A DNA stretch of 32,000 nt, taken from positions 5,220,001 to 5,252,000 of the forward strand of contig CP001848.1 in assembly GCA_000025185.1 (NCBI GenBank). Direction: 5' to 3'. The notes beneath the pieces were generated by a model. The model was not told the DNA's origin, searched no databases, and saw only the letters and a list, made by a program, of their open reading frames with translations. Origin of the DNA: Pirellula staleyi DSM 6068 (lineage in GTDB: Bacteria; Planctomycetota; Planctomycetia; Pirellulales; Pirellulaceae). The translations under genes and the position numbers were made by a program. Below are positions 8,826 to 16,366 of this stretch, in pieces (positions within the stretch are counted from its first letter, which is position 1; each line of letters opens with the position of its first letter).

Positions 8826-10262
8826 CTATTCGTCGGTGGCAACGTCGCTCGCACTCGCTTCACCCGACTGATACTTGTCGAGTTTGCGATAGAGCGTCCG
8901 TGCGCCAATGCCGAGAATTCGGGCCGCTTCTTCGCGGTTGCCACTCGTCAGCTTGAGCGTTTCTTCAATCGCCCAGCGCTCGATGTTGTCGAGCGGCTGT
9001 CCGATCAACTCCGAAGGTCCGCTCGCAATCGCCGGGGTGCGCAGCTCTTCGGCATCCACCAATTCTGGCGGCAAATCGTCGATGTCGAGAATGCCGTCGG
9101 TGTCGAGCACCACCATGGTTTCAATCGCGTTACGAAGCTGGCGCACATTCCCGGGCCAGTCGTACGAAAAGAGCCGACGGCTGACGACCGGCGAGATCCC
9201 TTTGTTCGGCTTGTGATGCCGACGGATGAATTGCCGACGGAAATGATCGGCCAGCGGAACGATATCTTCTCGCCGCTGCCGGAGCGCGGGGAGCTCGACC
9301 GTCACCACCTTCAAACGGTAATACAGATCGGCTCGAAAGGTCCCTGCTTTGATCGCATCTTCCAGCGCACGATTGGTGGCCGACACCATCCGCACGTTCA
9401 CGCGAATCGGCTTGTTATCACCCACACGTGTGATCTGGTGCTCTTCGAGGACGCGGAGCAACTTGATTTGCGTGGCGAGCGGCATGTCCCCCACTTCGTC
9501 GAGAAACAGCGTGCCGCCGTTGGCATACTCAAACGCCCCCATCCGGTCGTTGAGGGCATCGGTATAAGCCCCTTTCACATGGCCGAAAAGCTCGCTTTCG
9601 ACGAGGTTTTCCGCCACAGCCGCGCAGTTCAGCGCGACAATCCGTTTGCTCTTGCGCGGGCTGTTTTGATGAATCGCTTGGGCCACCAATTCCTTGCCGG
9701 TCCCACTTTCGCCGGTAATCAGCACACTGGCATCGGTGGGGGCGATTCGTTTCAGCCGATCAATCACCTGCTTCATCTTCTCGCTCGAGAAGATGATCCC
9801 CTCGAAACCAAACCGTTCATCGAGGCGCTGGTTTAGTTCTTGGTTGGTTTGCCGCAACCGAACGGCATCGGCCGCCTTCTCTGCCACCGCGCGCAGCCGC
9901 GTCGGAGTGATCGGCTTCTCGAGAAAATTAAACGCCCCTTGCTGCATCGCCTCAACCGCTTTGGGAACGGTGGCGTGCCCAGTGACCATGATCACTTCCG
10001 CTTCGGGAAGGGCTTCTTTGGCACGAGCCAGCACTTCCATGCCGTCGACATCGTTCATCACCAGGTCGGTAATCACGATCTCGAAATTGTCTTGCTGGAC
10101 GCGCCGCACCCCTTCGGGCCCCGACGTCGCAATGGTGCAGTGATAGCCCACGCGCGCGAGGCTTTCCTCCATCGCTTGAGCGAGCGCCGTGTCGTTGTCG
10201 ACAATCAGCACACGAATCGGTGGCGCAGCGGGGTCAGCAGGTTCTTTGGATGATTCGGCCAT
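8826..10262 (-). CDS. NtrC-family response regulator / sigma-54-type AAA+ enhancer-binding protein (REC, AAA+, Fis-type HTH)
   Basis: The REC domain is IRVLIVDND...ITDLVMNDVDG. Walker A is ITGESGTGKE and Walker B is GTLFLDEVGDM. The ESELFGH segment is followed by the loop GAYTDA. RADLYYRL is present, and the C-terminal HTH is AARILGIGARTLYRKLDKY. Confidence 0.9.
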   Translation of the reverse strand: MAESSKEPADPAAPPIRVLIVDNDTALAQAMEESLARVGYHCTIATSGPEGVRRVQQDNFEIVITDLVMNDVDGMEVLARAKEALPEAEVIMVTGHATVPKAVEAMQQGAFNFLEKPITPTRLRAVAEKAADAVRLRQTNQELNQRLDERFGFEGIIFSSEKMKQVIDRLKRIAPTDASVLITGESGTGKELVAQAIHQNSPRKSKRIVALNCAAVAENLVESELFGHVKGAYTDALNDRMGAFEYANGGTLFLDEVGDMPLATQIKLLRVLEEHQITRVGDNKPIRVNVRMVSATNRALEDAIKAGTFRADLYYRLKVVTVELPALRQRREDIVPLADHFRRQFIRRHHKPNKGISPVVSRRLFSYDWPGNVRQLRNAIETMVVLDTDGILDIDDLPPELVDAEELRTPAIASGPSELIGQPLDNIERWAIEETLKLTSGNREEAARILGIGARTLYRKLDKYQSGEASASDVATDE

Positions 10263-10498
10263 GCCCCGATGTTAGTAGATTTTGAGCAATTCTTCGAGGG
10301 GCCAGTTCGATGGAAGTAGCCCCTCGTGGGGAGGCTCCCCGAGGTGTGGCTTTACCTTTTCAAACGAGATCGCCAATCAGCAGCCAGATGAATCCTCCGA
10401 AATCTGCTGCTAGGATGTTTCCCAGGATTGTGCAGCGCGCATGGGGAGTGTAGGAATCAGCTTGCGAACCTCCCCCGAGTGATGGATGAAGGGCGACG

Positions 10499-12154
10499 AT
10501 GTTCTTTGCTGAAAACCCAGTATTGCAGCGCGAATTGCTCGTCAACTTGCGTATGACGCGAGCCTTTGTGCTGCTGCTCGTCTACCAGTTGCTGCTCGGC
10601 TGTGTCGTCTACCTGGCTTGGCCGCAAGATACGCGTCTCGACCTCACGGCCAATAGCAAAAGCGCCTCGCAAACGCGTAACCTGGTCGACCTCTTTTTTA
10701 TCGGACAGTACGTTCTTGCTTCGATGATGGCACCGAGCTTTGCCGCCAGCTCGATTACCGGCGAAAAGGAGCGAAAAACCTATGAAATGCTCCTCGCTTC
10801 GCCGCTGAAGCCCTCGGCAATTGTGCTCGGAAAATTGTTCGCGAGTCTCGCGCATCTGGCCGTACTGATCTTCAGTTCGCTGCCGATCGTGATGCTCTGT
10901 TTACCCCTCGGGGGTGTGAGCGTTTATGAAGTGCTCGCGGCCTATTTGGGGCTGATCATTTCGGTCGTCACGTTCGGCATGATCAGCGTTGCTGCGAGCG
11001 CATTTTTTCAGCGCACCAGCGCGTCGCTCGTGGTGTCGTATCTCTTTATTCTGCCGCTGGCGCTGATCGGTGTGTTTGTCTGGATGCAGCTGGCACCCTA
11101 CGGCGAGTTTCGACTCCTCCTGATCCTGACCGTGCTCCCGGCGATGGCAGCCGGCGTTTGCATTTCCCTCTTTTTCAGCACCACCACCATGCTGCTCCAT
11201 CCGCCCGATGTCGGGAGTGAAGGAAAAGATGTGGTCGACCTGGAGCACGAAGCGCAAACGGCTGTCGGGCTGGTGATTCAGCGCGATCAGTTTCCCGATC
11301 GTTTGTTTGCCCCACCCAAGCGCGAAGACTTGATGGAAGATGGTGCCAACCCGGTCTACGACAAGGAGATCCGGAGCGAAATCTTCAGCCAAGGGACCCT
11401 CATGCTCCGCCTCGTCATTCAGGTGAGCATGCTGCTGGCCATTCCGCTGATGGGTGCCTGCCTCTACATCTTGCCGCAGTATGCACCTTGGTACATCTGC
11501 TACGTCGTGGTGTTTAACATGCTCGTCGGACCGGTCTTTTCCGCCGGAAGTGTCACTAGCGAACGCGAACGCGAAACGCTCGACCTGCTCCTCACCACCG
11601 TGATCACCCCCTGGCAAATCTTGTGGGGGAAGCTGGTCGCTGGGCTCCGCGTTTCCAGCGTGCTGACGCTGTTTCTCGTCTGGCCGGTGCTGCTCGCCTG
11701 CGTGATGGTCAGCCTCTACTGGACCAACTTACTGTCGGTCGTGGCCTACCTGGCGATCATCCTCACCACCTGCGTCACCACGGCGATGATCGCCCTGTTT
11801 TGCTCGGTCATGTTCCAGAAAACGAGCATGAGCCTGATGACCACTTACTTGACGATCATCGTGCTGTTTTGTGCCCCGCTGGCCGCCAACTTCTTTGCCA
11901 GCAGCTTCTTTCCCGATGCGCCGATCACCGAGCAGCTGAAACTGACCGGCCTCACCAGCCCGTTTTCGGCGGCGTTTGCCGTTCCACTCGACGTGGGTGT
12001 CACTTCGACCGAGACGAGCAAAGCGACGGAGATTCAAGCGATTGGCAACTGGCCACTCGTCGGCTATTACGCCCTGTTTACCCTCGGAATGAACGGGCTC
12101 TTGCTCGTCACCATGATGTGGCTGTTCAACACCCGCTGGCGCGTTGCCGGATAG
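10499..12154 (+). CDS. ABC-2-type transporter permease, internally duplicated (two permease halves in one polypeptide)
   Basis: The 551-aa protein has about 12 hydrophobic helices. Each half opens with the same motif (NPVLQRELLVNLR at aa 6, NPVYDKEIRSEIF at aa ~285). Each half also has an ExxxxTxExLLxxP motif (GEKERKTYEMLLASP and SERERETLDLLLTTV). Confidence 0.7.
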   Translation: MFFAENPVLQRELLVNLRMTRAFVLLLVYQLLLGCVVYLAWPQDTRLDLTANSKSASQTRNLVDLFFIGQYVLASMMAPSFAASSITGEKERKTYEMLLASPLKPSAIVLGKLFASLAHLAVLIFSSLPIVMLCLPLGGVSVYEVLAAYLGLIISVVTFGMISVAASAFFQRTSASLVVSYLFILPLALIGVFVWMQLAPYGEFRLLLILTVLPAMAAGVCISLFFSTTTMLLHPPDVGSEGKDVVDLEHEAQTAVGLVIQRDQFPDRLFAPPKREDLMEDGANPVYDKEIRSEIFSQGTLMLRLVIQVSMLLAIPLMGACLYILPQYAPWYICYVVVFNMLVGPVFSAGSVTSERERETLDLLLTTVITPWQILWGKLVAGLRVSSVLTLFLVWPVLLACVMVSLYWTNLLSVVAYLAIILTTCVTTAMIALFCSVMFQKTSMSLMTTYLTIIVLFCAPLAANFFASSFFPDAPITEQLKLTGLTSPFSAAFAVPLDVGVTSTETSKATEIQAIGNWPLVGYYALFTLGMNGLLLVTMMWLFNTRWRVAG

Positions 12155-12194
12155 CGATTTTCGCGTTTCACCCAAAAGAAAGACGCGATTCGCT

Positions 12195-12734
12195 CTAGCC
12201 TTCGATGTAGAACGATCCTCCGCGGCTGGTGGTGCCACGCTTAGGGGTGTTGAAGCCGAGCGGTCCCCCAAATTTCTCCATCATGTCGTCGAGGGCTGTC
12301 TTGTCTTCCTCGATGATGATCAGCCGATCGCCGGGCTGCAAAGCGTAGTCGGTTTCGCTCGTGAGTCGCTTGGTTTGACGATCATAAGTCAACGCAATTT
12401 TGTGATGACCACCGGCTGGCAGCGGACGAACCAGGTCGACCGTCATGCGGCGGAACTTTTTGGTCATCCCACTTTGCTCGAGCATCTGCTGAGCGCTCGT
12501 CGGCTCGGTGAGAGCCCGCTCGACCAGCTTCGATTCACCTTTGTTCGGGTGCACTTCCACCACCACCTTGGCTTGTGGCGCTGCTGGGGCTCCAGAAGCT
12601 CCGGGCATCACTTGTGCTTGCAGCATCGGAGTTTCCCGCTTCATCAGGCCGCTGGTGCAGCCGGTCGAAGCCAAAGCGCAAGCGAGGACGGCACACGAAA
12701 AAATGCTAGCCAAGGTTCGATTTGCAGCCGTCAC
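12195..12734 (-). CDS. Secreted protein, probable lipoprotein of unknown function (possible beta-grasp/SLBB-like C-terminal part)
   Basis: The signal peptide ends in ALASTGC, a lipobox-like sequence. Residue composition is coding-like. The YALQPGDRLIIIEE motif resembles soluble-ligand-binding beta-grasp domains. No firm family assignment is made. Confidence 0.5.
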   Translation of the reverse strand: MTAANRTLASIFSCAVLACALASTGCTSGLMKRETPMLQAQVMPGASGAPAAPQAKVVVEVHPNKGESKLVERALTEPTSAQQMLEQSGMTKKFRRMTVDLVRPLPAGGHHKIALTYDRQTKRLTSETDYALQPGDRLIIIEEDKTALDDMMEKFGGPLGFNTPKRGTTSRGGSFYIEG

Positions 12735-13173
12735 GGGAATAGCTCCGAAAGTGGGTTCGCCCCTGAGGAAGAGGCCGCAAAGTTTCGTTAAGCGGCAAAG
12801 TCTTCCCAGATTCTCTGATCGTTACTGCGAGCAGAATCGGCAGAATCGGACGGAGGCTTGAGTCCATTCCCCCAAACTTCAGAAAGTTTTTCGAAGAGCA
12901 GCCCTTAGCGGTGAAAATAGGGCGACTGCGATAAATAGCGAGGACTTGGAGAGATTCCCGCCCATCTCCCTGCTGCCAGCAGAGGGGGGGACCGAAGCGG
13001 GGCTGGCGGAACCTTGTTACGAACTCTCTTCCGAGTTTGCTTTCCCCTTGCTACGGCTTGGGATACATTGAATTTAGGGCGTTTCGAGGGCGGTCCAGCG
13101 GGCGCCTCTCGGCGGGCTGTAGCGCCGGGGATATCTCGGGCGCTGAGCTGCTGAATAATCCCCGCCGCGACAA

Positions 13174-13207
13174 GCGAATCAGTACAACTGGCGAATCAGT
13201 TCGACTG
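13174..13207. repeat. Tandem direct repeat, 2 x 17 bp (gcgaatcagtacaactg / gcgaatcagttcgactg)
   Basis: Read directly from the sequence. Identity is 15/17. It lies 75-108 nt upstream of the pseudokinase start codon. Confidence 0.6.
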
Positions 13208-13281
13208 GCCGCGCACGCGCGTCCCTCGCCGACCTCTCCCTTGGTTTTGCCGATATCTCCCCGGGTCTTGAAAGTGGATTG

Positions 13282-16200
13282 ATGTCCATCGCACTCGCCG
13301 ATTTCTGGAAACTCCTCAAAGAGAGTCGCTTGCTAGCTCCCGAGCAAGTCGATTCACTGATCGCTGATTTCGCCTCCGTGAAAGGAGGTGGTGAGCAGGG
13401 GAACTCGCGTACCGTGGCCGAGTGGCTCGTCTCGCGAAATGTCCTCAGCCGCTATCAAACGACGATTCTGCTAGCTGGACGTGCTGGACCGTTCTACTAC
13501 GGCGATTACAAGGTCTACGACCGAGTCGACAAAGGTCGAATGGCAGGCTGGTTTCGTGCCGTGCATGCCCCCACCGGTCATCCGGTGATGCTCGAGTTCC
13601 TCACCGGAGCGGTGACGCAAGATCCTCGCAGCTGGGCCATCGCCGCCAATCATGCGCTCGGAGCCACGTCGCTCGCATCTCCCCACTTGCATCGTTTGCA
13701 CGAGCCGGTCGATCTCAAAGCGTTCAAATTTTTGGTACTCGAAGACACACGTGGCGGCACGCTGGAAGAGCGACTAGCGGTCGGACGTTTTCCACCAGCA
13801 GAAGCTTGCCGCATCGCGCGGCTCGCCGCCCTCGCGCTCGCCACGCTGCATCAAGCTGGCCGCGTGCATGGCGATGTGCGACCGGCCAATTTCATACTCG
13901 AGCAGAGTGGCAACGTGAAGCTTTTGAGCGAGCCGCATGTCACCCCCGCTTCGATCAACTTTGCCGACCCGCAAATCGTCTCCGCCTTGCAGAGCAAAGC
14001 CGACTACCTGGCGCCAGAACTGCTGCAGCCTGGCAAAACGCCCGATCCACTGTGCGACATTTATTCGCTCGGCTGCGTGCTCTATGCAATGCTCACCGGC
14101 ACGCCGCCGTTTGCCGGAGGCAACGCGCAGCAGAAGATGACCCGGCATGCGTCGGAAGCGATTCGGCCACTCGATCAGTTTGGCGTGCCGCCGCAGGTGG
14201 CGCAGCTGGTCACCTACATGATGGCCAAAAATCCGCAGGTGCGCTACCAATCGGCGGCAATTGTCGCCGAGCAACTGGCGCAGCTGGTCGACCCACAAAC
14301 GCTCTACTGGCAACCACCGGCACCACTCCCGACGTTGGCTCATTTCGAGCAGCATGTCGCGCACAAGCAGCAACAGCTGCGGGCTCAAGCACAAACGGCA
14401 ACTGCCAAACCAGCAGCGGCTGGCATCAACCTGAATCTGAGTGGCACATCGCCTGCGGGTGGTGCGCCAGCTTCGCTCGGTTTCTCGACCGGCCCTAGCG
14501 CCGGAAGTGTCCCACGCAGCTCTGTTTCAGCCGAGATGGTGGCGGCTGCGAAGGCGAAAAAACAGCAGCAGATGCTGATCGGCGGTCTGGTGGGAACCGG
14601 CATTTTGGCGATCGCCATTTTGATCGGCGTCAGCATGATGGGAGGGGGCGATCCAGCAACCGATCCCGTCGCCGAGAACGGCACCAGCACCACGGAAAAT
14701 GGCGGCGAAACGGAAACACCGACGACCAATCCCGATCCAGCACCTGCAGTGCCAGCAGCGACACCGGTGGTGAATCCCGGGACAACTCCCGTGGAAGCTC
14801 CCCCCACGCCAAGCGGCAGCAAAATCGAACCCACCACCGTGGTGCAAACCGTCGTCCCCGACGATGGCCAACTGCTCTGGGCATCGCCCACCAGTGGCGA
14901 ACCGATTAGCCTGCGGATGGTTCCACCGGAAGCACAAGTTTTCATCGCTGTCCGTCCCGCTGAGCTCAAAGGTTCCGCCGAGGGGCAACTGGTTCTAAAT
15001 GCCTTGGGTCCGGAGTTTAGTTCGCAATCCGAGGCCTTCGAGCGTGCCGCTGGTGTGAAACTCGACGAAATCGAGCAACTGATTATCGGCCTGCACAACA
15101 ACGATGCGAAGTTCCCGCGTGTCAGCTACGTGGTGAAGCTCAAATCGCCGATTCCTCGCGAAGAACTCCTCACACGCTGGGGAAATCCAACCGGCACGAC
15201 CGAAGGGACTGAAGCTTATTTCACGGGCGCGTCGGGGTCGTACTTCCTCTCAAGCGATCCCCAGGACGAAGGCAAATTCCTGATGGCCTCGCAAGCCGAT
15301 GTGCAGGAAGTGGCCAAGGTGAAAGGTGCGCCGCCGCTGCTGTTCCTCGAAATGGAAAAGCTGCGCCGCACGACCGACAGCACGCGGCATTTCACGCTGC
15401 TGGTCTACCCGCCATTTCTCTTCAACGACGATGGCGAGCCACTCTTTGCCGGAGAACGGGGGAAAGTTCGTCAACCACTTTCGTGGCTCCTGGGGGATGG
15501 CCTCAAGAGCGCGAGTGTCAGCGGACACTTCGGCAATGAATTTTATTTCGAGATGCAATTCCTCGGCTCGCTCGACAAAGAAAAGTTTCAGCTCGCGAAA
15601 GACTTTCGCACGCGACTCGAGCAGATTCCTCGATCGCTCGAAGACTATTTCGTCGCACTCACACCTCCTCCTTACTGGAAGAAGCTGAGCTTTCGCTATC
15701 CGCAAATGATCACCACCCTGCATAACCAAATGCGCGTGGGGGTCGAGAACGAACAAGCGATGGTCAACGCGGTGCTCCCCCTACACGCCGCGCACAACCT
15801 TGTGCTTGGTGGGGAGTTGTTGATCGCCACTGCTCCAGGAGCGGCTGTGGTCGCAGCGAACACTCCCGCAGCGGGCGCCGCCCCCAAGACGATCGAAGAC
15901 GTTCTGAATCTCAAAACTTCGTTCGCCTTCGATCAAACCTCGCTCGAGTTTGCAATGCGCGATCTGGCTGCCGAAACACGCGACCTCGCCAAGGGCTTGC
16001 CATTTGAATTCGATATTCAAATCCTGGGTGACGATCTCAAGTTCGACGGCATCACGCGCAATCAATCGATTCGCGATTTCAAACAAGAGGGTAAAGCAGT
16101 CGGCGAAATCTTGACGGCACTCGTTATGAAAGCGAACCCCATCACCACGGTGAAAGAGCCCAACGAACTCGATCAAAAGTTGATTTGGGTCGTGCATACA

Positions 16201-16299
16201 AGCCCCGACGATCCGAACAAGCCCATGATTTTGATTACCACCCGCGCGAAGGCTGCCGAAAAGAAGTACACACTTCCGGCCACCTTCCAGCCGAAGTAG
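13282..16299 (+). CDS. Membrane-anchored Ser/Thr-kinase-like protein (probable pseudokinase) with a large periplasmic C-terminal region
   Basis: The kinase-fold landmarks are HGDVRPANFIL (for HRDxKPxN), YLAPELL (APE) and DIYSLGCVLYAMLTGTPPF. The VAIK lysine is replaced (PVMLEFL). DFG is absent (VKLLSEPHV). The Gly loop is degenerate. A single TM helix lies around aa 432-455 (LIGGLVGTGILAIAILIGVSMM), followed by a Pro/Thr-rich spacer and about 500 aa of periplasmic sequence. The ATG at 13282 is preferred over the TTG at 13279. Confidence 0.8.
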   Translation: MSIALADFWKLLKESRLLAPEQVDSLIADFASVKGGGEQGNSRTVAEWLVSRNVLSRYQTTILLAGRAGPFYYGDYKVYDRVDKGRMAGWFRAVHAPTGHPVMLEFLTGAVTQDPRSWAIAANHALGATSLASPHLHRLHEPVDLKAFKFLVLEDTRGGTLEERLAVGRFPPAEACRIARLAALALATLHQAGRVHGDVRPANFILEQSGNVKLLSEPHVTPASINFADPQIVSALQSKADYLAPELLQPGKTPDPLCDIYSLGCVLYAMLTGTPPFAGGNAQQKMTRHASEAIRPLDQFGVPPQVAQLVTYMMAKNPQVRYQSAAIVAEQLAQLVDPQTLYWQPPAPLPTLAHFEQHVAHKQQQLRAQAQTATAKPAAAGINLNLSGTSPAGGAPASLGFSTGPSAGSVPRSSVSAEMVAAAKAKKQQQMLIGGLVGTGILAIAILIGVSMMGGGDPATDPVAENGTSTTENGGETETPTTNPDPAPAVPAATPVVNPGTTPVEAPPTPSGSKIEPTTVVQTVVPDDGQLLWASPTSGEPISLRMVPPEAQVFIAVRPAELKGSAEGQLVLNALGPEFSSQSEAFERAAGVKLDEIEQLIIGLHNNDAKFPRVSYVVKLKSPIPREELLTRWGNPTGTTEGTEAYFTGASGSYFLSSDPQDEGKFLMASQADVQEVAKVKGAPPLLFLEMEKLRRTTDSTRHFTLLVYPPFLFNDDGEPLFAGERGKVRQPLSWLLGDGLKSASVSGHFGNEFYFEMQFLGSLDKEKFQLAKDFRTRLEQIPRSLEDYFVALTPPPYWKKLSFRYPQMITTLHNQMRVGVENEQAMVNAVLPLHAAHNLVLGGELLIATAPGAAVVAANTPAAGAAPKTIEDVLNLKTSFAFDQTSLEFAMRDLAAETRDLAKGLPFEFDIQILGDDLKFDGITRNQSIRDFKQEGKAVGEILTALVMKANPITTVKEPNELDQKLIWVVHTSPDDPNKPMILITTRAKAAEKKYTLPATFQPK

Positions 16300-16366
16300 G
16301 TTCCTGCTCCCGGCGAAAGAATTGCTCGCAGCTGACCACCCTTGTCTTCGACGGAAGTGAGCCAAC

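Noticed and set aside
8490-9836. Long antisense ORFs. They include 8490..9836 (448 aa, opposite the NtrC-type gene), 20489..21742 (417 aa, opposite gdh), 2249..3478, 5673..6656, 13422..14498, 17110..17973, 18092..19117 and 30897..31892.
   Set aside because: Each lies entirely opposite or out of frame with a gene that has clear family motifs. Their translations are Arg/Gly/Ala/Cys/Trp-rich with no recognisable motifs. Long shadow ORFs are expected in high-GC DNA.
10347-10465. Two sigma-54 promoter-like elements lie between the NtrC-type gene and the ABC-2 permease: tggctttaccttttc (10347-10361) and aggaatcagcttgc (10452-10465).
   Set aside because: The first has TC instead of the nearly invariant GC at -12. 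The second has GG-to-GC spacing one nucleotide short, and sigma-54 spacing is strict. They are kept only as context in the regulator finding.
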